A DNA stretch of 64,000 nt, taken from assembly GCA_963829495.1 (NCBI GenBank), contig CAWHIT010000028.1, forward strand, positions 51,080 through 115,079. Reading direction: 5' to 3'. Position 1 is the first letter of the stretch. Every line of letters begins with the position of its first letter. The DNA comes from an uncultured Alphaproteobacteria bacterium. Its GTDB lineage: Bacteria > Pseudomonadota > Alphaproteobacteria > Rhizobiales > Rhodomicrobiaceae. The notes beneath the pieces were generated by a model. That model was given only the letters and a program-made list of their open reading frames with translations. It made no database searches and was not told where the DNA came from. Below, piece by piece: positions 54,207 through 64,000 of the stretch. Made by a program: the position numbers and the translations under genes.

Positions 54207-55806
54207 ATGATAGCCGCTGACCAATCGCTCACAGAGCTCGCCCAAACCTCCAAGGCCTGGCCCTTTGAAGAGGCGCGCAAGCTTCTGAAACGGTTGGAGA
54301 AGGCGGACCCGGCGCGCGAGGTGATATTCGAGACGGGATACGGCCCTTCGGGTCTTCCGCATATCGGGACGTTCGGCGAGGTAGCGCGCACGTCCATGGT
54401 GCGGCATGCGCTCGAAGTGCTGAAGCCGGGCGTGAAGACGCGGCTCGTCTGCTTCTCAGACGACATGGATGGCCTGCGCAAGGTGCCGACGAATGTGCCG
54501 AACCAGGAGCTTTTGCAGGCGGCGCTCGACAAGCCGCTAACGGTGGTGCCCGATCCCTTCGGCACGCATTCGAGTTTCGGCGCGCACAACAATGCGAGGC
54601 TACGCGCCTTCCTCGACAGCTTCGGCTTCGAATACGAGTTCCTGTCGGCGACCGAGTGCTATCGCTCGGGGCAGTTCGACGAGACGCTCTTGAAGATGCT
54701 CGCAGCCTACGACGCGGTGATGGCGATCATCCTGCCGACGCTTGGGCCGGATCGCCGCGCGACCTATTCGCCGTTCCTGCCGATTTCGCCCGACACGGGC
54801 AAGGTGCTGCAGGTGCCTATCGAGCAGCGCGACCTTGCGGCGGGCACGATCACTTATCGAGATACCGATACGGGCAAGACGGTCGAGACGCCGGTCACGG
54901 GCGGCCATGTGAAGTGCCAGTGGAAGGCGGACTGGGCGATGCGCTGGACCGCGATGGGCGTCGATTACGAGATGGCGGGCAAGGACTTGATCGATAGCGT
55001 TACGCTGTCGTCAAAGATTTGCCGTGTGCTCGGTGGCAGGCCGCCGGAAGGTTTCAACTACGAGCTGTTCCTCGACGACAAGGCGCAGAAGATCTCGAAG
55101 TCGAAGGGTAACGGCATCTCTGTAGAGGAGTGGCTTGCCTATGCCACGCCGGAGAGCCTGAGCCTCTACATGTTCCAGAAGCCGAAGACGGCGAAGCGAC
55201 TTTACTTCGACGTGATCCCGAAGGCGGTCGACGACTACTTCACCTATCTCGACAGCTATCAGAAGGAAAACGCGGAGCAGCGGCTGAACAACCCCGTCTG
55301 GCACATCCACAACGCCAGGCCGCCGCAGCACATCGTGCCCATCAGCTTCAGCCTCTTGCTGAACCTCGTCAGCGCCTCGAACGCGCAAACGAAGGACACC
55401 CTCTGGCAGTTCGTTCGCAACTACGCGCCCGAGGCCAACCCGACGGATTTTCCGGAACTTGATCGCCTTATTGGTTTTGCCATCCGCTATTTCACTGAGC
55501 GCGAGAAGCCGTTCAAGGTCTACCGCGCGCCGACGCCTGTCGAGCGCGATGCGATGCTCGATCTCAATGCGCGGCTGCTTGAAGCGAGCTTCAAGCTCAG
55601 CGCGCGAGGAACTGCAATCCATCGTCTACGAGGTAGGGAAGGCGCACCCCTTCGAGAATTTGCGCGACTGGTTCAAGGCGCTCTACGAAGTGTTGTTCGG
55701 CGAGAGCCAGGGGCCGCAATTCGGCTCATTCATCAAGGCCTATGGCATCGAGCCGACGCGCAAGCTGATCTCGGAGCGGCTGCATCAGGCGGCCGAGACG
55801 GTATAG
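54207..55806 (+). CDS. lysS: class I lysyl-tRNA synthetase (frameshift near 55590)
   Basis: [23 protein letters not shown]; the C-terminus [21 protein letters not shown] lies in the next frame. Confidence 0.95.
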
Positions 55807-55810
55807 GCCC

Positions 55811-56215
55811 GTGCACGCCAAGACGATCTACAAGCTCTTGACGTCCGCCGAATGGGAGGCGGCTTGGGCGGAAGGCGTCTATCGCGGGTCAGAGCAGGAC
55901 CAGCGCGACGGGTTCATTCACCTGTCAACAGCGGCGCAGATCGCGGAGACAGCGCGGAAACACTTCTCGGGCGTTCCCGATCTCGTTCTCTTGGCGGTAG
56001 ACATCGACATGATTGAGAAGCTGCAGGCTCTTGGGAATGAGGAGGGGCGAGCAAGGCAGGGCGAGGGCAGCCCTCTGCGCTGGGAGTCTTCGCGCGGCGG
56101 CGATCTTTTTCCGCATCTTTATGCGCTGCTTCCATCGGTGGCGGTGCAGAGCGTAACGCCCGCGCCGCTTGCCGATGACGGCACGCCGATCATTCCGCAC
56201 GACCTTCCGTCATAA
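55811..56215 (+). CDS. DUF952 family protein
   Basis: [29 protein letters not shown]. Confidence 0.9.
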   Translation: MHAKTIYKLLTSAEWEAAWAEGVYRGSEQDQRDGFIHLSTAAQIAETARKHFSGVPDLVLLAVDIDMIEKLQALGNEEGRARQGEGSPLRWESSRGGDLFPHLYALLPSVAVQSVTPAPLADDGTPIIPHDLPS

Positions 56216-57278
56216 ATCGCTTCTGGTCCGCGGCTCAGGCCAGTCTGCTCTTTCTCGATCCTGAAACGGCGCATGAAGCTTCGCTGCGGGCTCTCGAAGC
56301 GGGCATTTATCCCCGGCAAGCGAAACATGATGATCCGCAACTCGCGCAGACTTTATTCGGTCTTACATTTCCAAATCCCGTTGGCGTTGCCGCCGGGTAC
56401 GACAAGGACGCGCGCGTCTACAATGCGCTGTTCGACATCGGCTTCGGTTTTGCGGAGGCGGGCACGATAACGCCGAAGCCGCAGCCAGGAAATGCGCGCC
56501 CGCGTGTATTCCGGATCATGCGCGAGCGCGGCATCATCAATCGGCTCGGCTTCAACAGTGCTGGCCATTCTGCCGCCCTGGTCAAGCTTGCGAGCAGGCC
56601 GCCGCGCGGCATCCTCGGGGCAAACATCGGCGCGAATCGCGCCAGCAGCGACCCGATCGCCGACTATGTCACGGGGGTCCACGCTTTTGGGTCGTTGGCC
56701 TCCTATCTCACGGTCAACATTTCCTCGCCGAACACTCCAGGATTGCGCGACCTGCAAGCTCCCGACCGGCTGAATGCGTTGCTCGAAGCCGTTATGGCTG
56801 CACGGGCAGGTCTCGCACACGCGGTGCCGATCCTCGTCAAGCTTGCCCCGGATTTGCACGATGAAGACATCGGGCCCGTGATGCAGTGTCTGCTTGCTCA
56901 CAAGGTTGACGGCGCGATCCTCACCAACACGACGCTGTCCCGGGAAGGTGTCCCATCCAACTCGCATCGGAATGAATCCGGCGGAGCTCTCCGGGAGGCC
57001 CCTGTTCAAGCAGTCCACGCGTTTTCTCGCGAAATGCTTCGTAGCGACAGAGGGCAAGCTACCTCTCATAGGCGTTGGCGGCATCAATTCCGGTGCCGCC
57101 GCGTTATCGAAAATTCGAGCCGGCGCCTCTCTGATCCAGCTTTATACCGGCCTTGTCTACGAAGGCCCAACGCTTCTTCCCGACATACAAGGAAGCGCTT
57201 ATAACGGAAATGCAGGCAACCGGAAAGCCGCTCGCCTCGCTTATAGGATCGGAAGCTGATAAGTGGGCGCGGAACTGA
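56212..57278 (+). CDS. pyrD: quinone-dependent dihydroorotate dehydrogenase (ATA at expected start; frameshifts near 56990 and 57188)
   Basis: [65 protein letters not shown]. Confidence 0.9.
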
Positions 57279-57281
57279 GGC

Positions 57282-58649
57282 TTAGGCGATCGCGTTCTTC
57301 ACGCCGGAATTTATGATGCCGCGTTCAAGGGCAGGATAGCGCAAGCCAAGCGTGAAAGCGCGTACGATGTAGAAAATCGAGAGCGACGCCCAGAGACCGT
57401 GATTGCCGAAGGCCGGGGTCAAAAGCGCCCAGGCTGCAAGAAACACGGCGAGGCTGACGATCATCATGTTGCGCATGTCGGCCGAGCGCGTCGCACCAAT
57501 GAAGATGCCATCCAATTGGAAGCAGGCCACGCCGAGAATCGGCGTCATCGCCGCCCAGGGCAGATACTCGCGAGCCGCATCCCGCACAGAGGGCGTCGTT
57601 GTCATGAGGTCGATCAGGAAAAGTCCGGCAGCCCAGAAGGCTAGGCTCACCATGATGGCCAAAGCGGCGGCCCAAATCGAGCTGAGACGAGCGGCTTGAC
57701 GAAAGCGCCAAAAGCTTGCCGCGCCAACCGCCTGCCCGACAAGCACTTCGGCGGCGAATGCGAACCCGTCGAGGACGTAGGCGGAAAGGTCGGAGAGGCT
57801 TCGCAGCACGCTGTTTGCCGCGAGCGCCACATCGCCAAGCCTCGCTCCTTGCGCGGCGAAGAACGTGAACGCGAACAAAAGGCATACAGTGCGGATCATG
57901 ATGTCGGCGTTCACGGCGATAAGCTTGCGGAACGCGCGCGTCTCGAAAAGGGCGGCTGGCTTCGCCCGATGCCTGCGAACGAGCAGGCGGGCGATGAAAA
58001 GGCCGGCCAGCACCGCAGCATACTCGGCAAATACAGCCGCCATCGCCGCTCCCTTGACCCCCTTACCAGCAACGAGGACCAGAAGGATAGCGAGCGCAAT
58101 ATTGATCGCGTTGAGGAAAAGCTGCAGGAGGAGGGCGAGATTCGCGCGCGCCAAGCCAATCAGCCATCCGACCAGGGCATAATTTGCAAGGGTCGCAGGC
58201 GCGCTCAAAATTCGGACGCCGAAATAATCTGCGGTCGATGTCTGAACCTCGGCGCTGCCGCCGGTCAGCTTCAGGATCAGAAAAATCGCTGGTGCATGAA
58301 AGGCGAACAGCAGCACCCCGGCCACGACCGCGATGAGAAGCGGGCGATACAGGTTGGCCACGACCTCTGCGTCGTCGCCCGCACCGACGGCCTGGGCGGT
58401 CAGCCCTGTGGTTCCCATCCGCAAGAAGCCAAAGGCCCAAAACAGCATCGCGAAGATGGTCGAGCCCAGCGCCACGCCGCCAATAAGGGCCGGGTCGTTG
58501 AGCTGGCCCATGACGGCAGTGTCGGCCATGCCGACCAGCGGCACAGTCGCGTTCGACAAAATCATCGGGATCGCTATCGCCAGCACATCCCGGCTTCGCA
58601 ATCGCGTCTCCGGGAGACTGGGGTCGCGCAATGCCCTGTCACTCTGCAA
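57282..58649 (-). CDS. MATE efflux transporter (DinF-like)
   Basis: SNATVPLVGMADTAVMG, FGFLRMGTTG, LDGFAFAAE, FQLDGIFIG; about 12 TM segments. Confidence 0.92.
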   Translation of the reverse strand: MQSDRALRDPSLPETRLRSRDVLAIAIPMILSNATVPLVGMADTAVMGQLNDPALIGGVALGSTIFAMLFWAFGFLRMGTTGLTAQAVGAGDDAEVVANLYRPLLIAVVAGVLLFAFHAPAIFLILKLTGGSAEVQTSTADYFGVRILSAPATLANYALVGWLIGLARANLALLLQLFLNAINIALAILLVLVAGKGVKGAAMAAVFAEYAAVLAGLFIARLLVRRHRAKPAALFETRAFRKLIAVNADIMIRTVCLLFAFTFFAAQGARLGDVALAANSVLRSLSDLSAYVLDGFAFAAEVLVGQAVGAASFWRFRQAARLSSIWAAALAIMVSLAFWAAGLFLIDLMTTTPSVRDAAREYLPWAAMTPILGVACFQLDGIFIGATRSADMRNMMIVSLAVFLAAWALLTPAFGNHGLWASLSIFYIVRAFTLGLRYPALERGIINSGVKNAIA

Positions 58650-58688
58650 TAAGTCGTTCTATTTTCTGGATCTGCGAGGTGCGGGTGG

Positions 58689-58967
58689 TTATGATCTCTC
58701 TGCCTGGCGCTTGGAGCCGAGGAAGCTGAAGAAGCGCACCACCAGCCAAAGCGGAACAACGATGAGCGCGCCGAGAATGAGATACTGAAATCCCGTCTTG
58801 ACGGCGTCGAAGCCGAGCGAGGAGATCCAATCTCCGAGCCGGATGATGGCGTGGTACAGGTTGTTGGGGGCGTAGCCGAAGAAGGAGAGAACAACCCCGA
58901 TAATCAGCGAGGCGGTCACAAGCTTCAATATTACGACAAAAGGGCTGCCGCCGAAAAAGCGTTCCAT
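58689..58967 (-). CDS. DUF6460-like small membrane protein
   Basis: RFFGGSP, KLVTASLIIGVVL, YLILGALIVVPLW. Confidence 0.8.
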   Translation of the reverse strand: MERFFGGSPFVVILKLVTASLIIGVVLSFFGYAPNNLYHAIIRLGDWISSLGFDAVKTGFQYLILGALIVVPLWLVVRFFSFLGSKRQAERS

Positions 58968-59126
58968 GTTCAAGTCCGTTTTCTGCGTTGGTCACACGGA
59001 TAACCGGCGCTTGAGAGAATCGCAAAGAGGAAATTCGCATGCAGCGCTAAAGAGCGCTGGACAACAGCAGACCCCGCCGGCAGGACGGGGGCTGTTTTTC
59101 ACTTGCCCTGACTCTGGGCTCAATCC

Positions 59127-59423
59127 CTAGACCTGGGAGCGCTGTTCACGTGACTTGCCACCATGGCTCGCTTGCCCGCCTTTCCGGCCGGCCTGGGCGG
59201 CGAGATCGCGGTTCCGCGAGAAACTGCGGTTCTCGTCGGAAACGTTCTGCCCGCCTTTACGGCCAGCCTCGGCAGCTAATGAGCGATTCTGGCTGAAGCT
59301 CCTCTTTTCGTTTGGCACGCTTTGGCCGCCTTTGGATGCGATAGCGCGCTGCTTCTCGGCGTCCATGGAGGCAAAGCCGCGAGTCGATGTCGAGCCGGAT
59401 TTCTTTGGGTGTTGGGAGGCCAT
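59127..59423 (-). CDS. general stress protein with KGG repeats (YciG/GsiB-like)
   Basis: RGFASMDAEKQRAIASKGGQ and repeated RSFSxNRxLAAxAGRKGG. Confidence 0.92.
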   Translation of the reverse strand: MASQHPKKSGSTSTRGFASMDAEKQRAIASKGGQSVPNEKRSFSQNRSLAAEAGRKGGQNVSDENRSFSRNRDLAAQAGRKGGQASHGGKSREQRSQV

Positions 59424-59480
59424 TCAAGCTCCTATGCTGCTGTTGTCAACATAGCCTCGGACTGAGACTTTACGCTGGTT

Positions 59481-59505
59481 AACAGCGTGCTCCCGCTCTG
59501 GTTCC
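59481..59505 (-). promoter_or_regulatory. putative EcfG/SigT general-stress promoter
   Basis: Minus strand GGAAC-N16-TGTT about 60 bp upstream of the KGG stress gene; close to the alphaproteobacterial GGAAC-N16/17-CGTT consensus. Confidence 0.65.
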
Positions 59506-59789
59506 GCTATCTTGGCCCATGCTTACTTGTTTTTTTGCAGTCTCAGTTTGTTTCACTCTTGGAAAACACAACTTTGGGTTGATAAATCTTCGCTAAATGG
59601 TGCTGCTTGGTTGTATAGGATGCATTGTCGGCAAACGGGGCGTAAGAGAAGTAGGATTGAGAGGGAGATTTACTGGCCTTCAGAACTCTTATTGTCTGAT
59701 ATAGATAAAGAAATTACAGCAACGGAACTGTTGATTTAACCGGTCCTGTGGGGTTCCTCGTATATGGCACTTCAGTCTGTCCGAAGACA

Positions 59790-60043
59790 TCTTTAGTCGC
59801 AGGAATCGGTTGTGATTCAATGGTGGCGATCCGATTCGCGGGGGCTCCGCAACGCACTTCGCTATCCGAGCGACCTGGATGAGGAATGGGCGCTCATCAA
59901 GCCTTTGATCCCGCCCGCAAAACGCGGCTGCGGCAAGCGGGCCGCCGTGATACGGAAGTGGTAAACGGCGTGATGTATGTTCTCTCCGGCGGCTGTCAGT
60001 GGCGGGCTCTTTCCGCAGACCTGCCGCCGCCAGCACCGTGCAT
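59790..60043 (+). mobile_element. IS5-family transposase N-terminal remnant
   Basis: Broken frames give RYPSDL.DEEWALIKPLIPPAKRG and EVVNGVMYVLSGGCQWRALSADLPP. Confidence 0.8.
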
Positions 60044-60307
60044 GGCTATCTTTAACCTTTATTACATTAAGATTACATTTTCGCTTTCTGACGCTGCCAT
60101 ATCTCACTTAATGCTTGGCAGGAACGGTCATCACGACATCGGTCCAGCTGAGGGACAGCGCTTGTGAACATCCGGATCCAAACAAGTTCTCGCCTGATTT
60201 CAACCGGGGTCCGATATCTGTTAGAATGTCATGGCGCGCCGCGACATCCTCAATAGCGGAACGACTTCGTTTCGAAAGCTCAGGTTGCGCGCCTCAAGCG
60301 GAACTTT

Positions 60308-61231
60308 ATGCAACAACGCCCACTCACCGAATCGAGGCTTTTAGCCATCGCGCTCACCTGTGCGGCTTCTTTTCTTTTCGGTTTTCTTGATACAAGTGCA
60401 AAGTACCTGGCGACGGTTGCGCATGTGCCAGTGCTGCAGATCATCTGGGTTCGCTTCCTGGTCAACACCCTGCTGATCGTCGCGGTGCTCGGCCCGAATA
60501 CGGTTCTGCGAGCCTTACCGTCGAACAAGCTAATGAACCAGCTTCTCCGAAGCGTTTTCCTGATTGGCGCGACGGCGTTTAACTTCCTCGCTTTGCAGTA
60601 CCTTCAACTTGATCAGACAGCGACGATCTTTTTTCTGTCGCCATTCATTGTGGCCGCGCTCGCAGGGCCGATGCTGAATGAATGGATCGGCTGGCACCGC
60701 CTGTTTGCCATTTGTATAGGCTTCACCGGCGTCTTGTTGGTGATCCGGCCTGGCTTTGGCGGTATCCATTGGGCGGCGTCACTTTCTCTTATCGCGACGC
60801 TAAGCTATGCGCTTTACATTCTCTGGACTCGCTATCTTGCACGGTTTGACAGTGCTCTGACGACCCTCGTTTACACGCCGCTGGCGGGCGCTGTTTTCGT
60901 CGCGCCCTTTGCGATCGCGAACTGGCAGACGCCAGAGGGCGTGTGGGTCTGGCTTGTTCTTCTGAGCACCGGACTGTTCGGCGGGTTTGGGCACTGGCTA
61001 GTTATCCTCGCCCATGAGCGCGCGCCCGCCCCCGTTCTTGCCCCTTTCGGCTACATCAACATCATCTTCATGATCGCGCTGGGGTTTGCTGTATTCGACG
61101 ATGCCCCAAGCTGGTGGACCCTCGGCGGCGCGGCAATCATCATCTTGTCAGGAGTGTACTTGCTCTTCCGGGAACGTCATGCACCCGGACCCGAAGGGTC
61201 TGCTTCCTCCGCGACCGTGGTCGAGGGATAG
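60308..61231 (+). CDS. DMT/EamA-family transporter
   Basis: About 10 TM segments, [36 protein letters not shown]. Confidence 0.9.
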   Translation: MQQRPLTESRLLAIALTCAASFLFGFLDTSAKYLATVAHVPVLQIIWVRFLVNTLLIVAVLGPNTVLRALPSNKLMNQLLRSVFLIGATAFNFLALQYLQLDQTATIFFLSPFIVAALAGPMLNEWIGWHRLFAICIGFTGVLLVIRPGFGGIHWAASLSLIATLSYALYILWTRYLARFDSALTTLVYTPLAGAVFVAPFAIANWQTPEGVWVWLVLLSTGLFGGFGHWLVILAHERAPAPVLAPFGYINIIFMIALGFAVFDDAPSWWTLGGAAIIILSGVYLLFRERHAPGPEGSASSATVVEG

Positions 61232-62340
61232 GCTTCGCGCACGCGGGCTGCGAGGGTTGCGAAATTACCTTCGCGGATCGATTGGCGGATGGCCGCCATG
61301 AGGTCCTGGTAGAAGGCTATATTGGCCCAGCTCAGGATCATGGGCGCGAGATATTCGCCAGCGCGGATCAAGTGGTGAATATAGGCGCGGGAGTAATCGC
61401 GAGCCGCCGGGCATGCGCTCGTTTCGTCGAGGGAGCGACGGTCCTCGATGTGCGCGGAATTGCGCATGTTAAGCTTGCCGGCCCAGGTGAAAGCCTGGCC
61501 GTGGCGGCCGGATCGTGTCGGCATCACGCAATCAAACAAGTCGATTCCGCGTTCGACCGCGCCGACAATGTCGGCGGGGGTACCGACGCCCATGAGGTAG
61601 CGGGGTTTGTTGGTGGGGAGGAGGGGCGTTGTCGAGGAGAGCGTCTCGAACATGAGCTTCTGGCCCTCGCCGACGGCAAGCCCGCCGACCGAATAGCCGT
61701 GAAAACTCATGGAGGTCAAAGCTTCGGCCGATTGCGCGCGAAGCTCAGGATGAACGCCGCCTTGCACGATGCCGAAAAGGGCGTGCCCCGGATGACCGTG
61801 CTCTTGGAAAGCCGCAAGCGACCGTTCGGCCCAACGCAGCGAAAGCTGCATGGACCGCTCTGCTTCGTCCTGCGTCGCTGGGTAAGGCGTGCACTCGTCG
61901 AACTGCATTTGGATATCGGCGCCGAGAAGGTTCTGCACCTCGATCGACCGCTCGGGTGTCAACTCATGAAGAGTGCCATCGATATGGGAGCGAAAGGTCA
62001 CGCCGCGCTCGGACACAGTGCGAAGCTGGCTCAACGACATGACCTGATAGCCACCGGAATCGGTCAGGATCGGGCCGTCCCAGCGCATGAAGCGATGAAG
62101 ACCGCCGAGCCGGGCGATGCGCTCCGCTCCAGGGCGGAGCATTAGGTGGTAGGTATTCCCGAGAATGACGTCTGCGCCCGTGGCCTTGACGTTGTCGGCG
62201 AACATGGCCTTAACCGTCGCGGCGGTGCCGACAGGCATAAAGGCAGGGGTGCGGATGATTCCGCGAGGCGTTGCGATCTCTCCGAAACGCGCGCCGCCGT
62301 CTTTGGCCAGAAGCTTGAACAAAAAGCCGGTCACAGCCAC
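61177..62340 (-). CDS. tgt: queuine tRNA-ribosyltransferase
   Basis: [44 protein letters not shown]. Confidence 0.97.
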   Translation of the reverse strand: MAVTGFLFKLLAKDGGARFGEIATPRGIIRTPAFMPVGTAATVKAMFADNVKATGADVILGNTYHLMLRPGAERIARLGGLHRFMRWDGPILTDSGGYQVMSLSQLRTVSERGVTFRSHIDGTLHELTPERSIEVQNLLGADIQMQFDECTPYPATQDEAERSMQLSLRWAERSLAAFQEHGHPGHALFGIVQGGVHPELRAQSAEALTSMSFHGYSVGGLAVGEGQKLMFETLSSTTPLLPTNKPRYLMGVGTPADIVGAVERGIDLFDCVMPTRSGRHGQAFTWAGKLNMRNSAHIEDRRSLDETSACPAARDYSRAYIHHLIRAGEYLAPMILSWANIAFYQDLMAAIRQSIREGNFATLAARVREAYPSTTVAEEADPSGPGA

Positions 62341-63419
62341 GTCCCATCCGCGCGACTGAGCAGGCAGGCATCGCCGTAGGAATAAAAGCGAAAGCCTTCA
62401 GCAACGGCGTGGGCATAAGCCTTTCTCATGAGAGCCGTGCCGGAAAAGGCGCAGACCAGCATGAAGAGTGTCGATTTCGGAAGGTGGAAATTCGTCATGA
62501 GCAAGTCGGCGCTGCGAAATTGGTGGCCTGGTTTGATGAAAATCTTGGTAAAGCCCTGACGGGCCTCGATCAAGCCGTCTTTGCGCGCAGCCGTTTCAAG
62601 GACGCGAAGCGAGGTGGTGCCTACGGCGATGAGCCGCCCTCCATCGGCACGACATCTGTTGATTTTGCGGGCAGCGTCCTCGGAGATGGCGTACCACTCG
62701 GGGTGCAGCGTGTGGTCCGCAATATTTTCGGCTTTGACTGGGAGGAATGTGCCTGCGCCCACATGCAGCGTGACGAAAGCGCTGCGAACGCTTTTGGCCG
62801 CCAACCTATCGAGAAGCTCAGGGGTGAAATGAAGACCCGCTGTCGGCGCAGCGACTGCGCCTTCCGTTCTGGCGTACACGGTCTGATAATCGGAGCGGTC
62901 GCGATCGTCAGCGGGGCGAGAGCCGGCGATGTAAGGAGGAATCGGCATGTTGCCGTGGCTTGCCATGATCGCTTCGACGGTGTCGCCGCAGCACGCGGTT
63001 AGGGTGATCGCTCCCTCTTCGTCCTTAGCCGCGACCGTCAGGCGCGCTCGCTCTCCGTTCCGGGAAAGGACGATGGTGTCTCCGGGACGAAGCCGCCGGG
63101 CAGGACGCGCGAGCGCCTTCCAAGCGCCATTAGGAAGCCTCTCTATCAGTGTCAGGGAGATTTCGACGTCGGGAGCACCGGTTTCGCGAGCCGGGCGGTA
63201 ACCACGAAGTTCAGCGGCAAGGACCTTGGTGTCGTTGAACACCATCACATCACCGGCGCGCAAAAAAGGGGAGAGATCGCGTACCCTCGCCTCTGACAGG
63301 GGGGGATGCGAAGCGGGGTCGACGCAAAGAAGCTTCGCCGAATCTCTCGGCGAAGCGGGTCTTAGCGCTATCGACGATTTGGGCAGATCGAAATCGAAGT
63401 CTTTTAACAGCACTGTCAA
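62331..63419 (-). CDS. queA: S-adenosylmethionine:tRNA ribosyltransferase-isomerase
   Basis: [47 protein letters not shown]. Confidence 0.97.
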   Translation of the reverse strand: MTVLLKDFDFDLPKSSIALRPASPRDSAKLLCVDPASHPPLSEARVRDLSPFLRAGDVMVFNDTKVLAAELRGYRPARETGAPDVEISLTLIERLPNGAWKALARPARRLRPGDTIVLSRNGERARLTVAAKDEEGAITLTACCGDTVEAIMASHGNMPIPPYIAGSRPADDRDRSDYQTVYARTEGAVAAPTAGLHFTPELLDRLAAKSVRSAFVTLHVGAGTFLPVKAENIADHTLHPEWYAISEDAARKINRCRADGGRLIAVGTTSLRVLETAARKDGLIEARQGFTKIFIKPGHQFRSADLLMTNFHLPKSTLFMLVCAFSGTALMRKAYAHAVAEGFRFYSYGDACLLSRADGTWL

Positions 63420-63455
63420 TCGGCCGCCCCAAATGGCGAGAGCGCTCTGGTGTAA

Positions 63456-63923
63456 CTAGGCAGCGTCCCCGACCCGCATTGTAACGATTTTATCCGGGTT
63501 CTTGACGGGCTCGCCGCGCTTCACTTTGTCAATGTTTTCCATTCCCTCGATGACCTTGCCCCACACGGTATACTTTCCGTCGAGGAACGTCGCATCATCG
63601 AAGCAGATGAAAAATTGGCTGTCGGCGCTGTCAGGGTGATTGGCGCGCGCCATGGATACGACACCGCGAACATGCGGCTGGTTGCTGAATTCCGCCTTGA
63701 GGTTCTTGCCGGATCCACCGCGTCCTGTGCCGGTCGGATCGCCCGTCTGAGCCATAAAACCTTCGATTACGCGATGAAAAACAACGCCGTCGTAAAAGTT
63801 CTGGTTCGCAAGCTCCTTGATGCGAGCGACATGGTTTGGCGCGAGATCGGGCAGAAGCTCGATCACAACGCGGCCTTGGGTGGTTTCCAGGACCAATGTA
63901 TTCTCTTTACTTGGAGATTCCAT
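63456..63923 (-). CDS. cyclophilin-type peptidyl-prolyl isomerase
   Basis: FYDGVVFHRVIEGFMAQTGDP, SMARAN, SQFFI, YTVWGKV. Confidence 0.95.
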   Translation of the reverse strand: MESPSKENTLVLETTQGRVVIELLPDLAPNHVARIKELANQNFYDGVVFHRVIEGFMAQTGDPTGTGRGGSGKNLKAEFSNQPHVRGVVSMARANHPDSADSQFFICFDDATFLDGKYTVWGKVIEGMENIDKVKRGEPVKNPDKIVTMRVGDAA

Positions 63924-64000
63924 GTGTAACTTTTCCCTAGCGCCGTCTAGACAGGTAATTTTACCCAAAAATAAGGCGCCTTCATGCTAATCTGACCATA

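Noticed and set aside
54207-55806. Class I (archaeal-type) LysRS and its frameshift
   Set aside because: Class I LysRS is common in alphaproteobacteria. A single indel in a normally essential gene, without a slippery site, is best explained as assembly error rather than recoding.
61177-61231. 55-bp convergent overlap of tgt and the DMT gene
   Set aside because: Short 3' overlaps of non-conserved tails are common, and there is no other sign of function.

Overview
GC-rich chromosomal segment of an alphaproteobacterium. Gene content and order suggest Hyphomicrobiales/Rhizobiales (inference). Most of it is housekeeping: zwf-gntK-pgl; a heavily frameshifted kdpFABC-(EIIA-Ntr-like)-kdpDE locus; trpS-usp-nfu-nitroreductase-tsaB-rimI-acyltransferase-miaB-phoH-ybeY-corC; pmm/pgm; prpE; hisS-hisZ-hisG; rluC-like; tRNA-Val(CAC); gltBD; class I lysS; pyrD; MATE; tgt-queA-cyclophilin. 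It also holds one IS630 copy, IS1182 and IS5 remnants, and REP-like palindromes. The most striking unexplained signal is a family of about 530-700 bp non-coding intergenic elements present four times (2061-2727, ~24160-24690, 33049-33755, and 51957-53582 split by the IS630). All copies keep the same ordered motifs: two oppositely oriented IHF-consensus-like sites, several TTAA(C) boxes and a GGACGCGCAAAAGTCCGTTAA core. Spacer lengths between motifs mostly differ by about 10-12 bp multiples, which points to a helically phased DNA-protein scaffold or a long TA-targeting MITE. Single-base frameshifts, including in the normally essential lysS, suggest uncorrected assembly indels. All alignments and spacings were done by eye.
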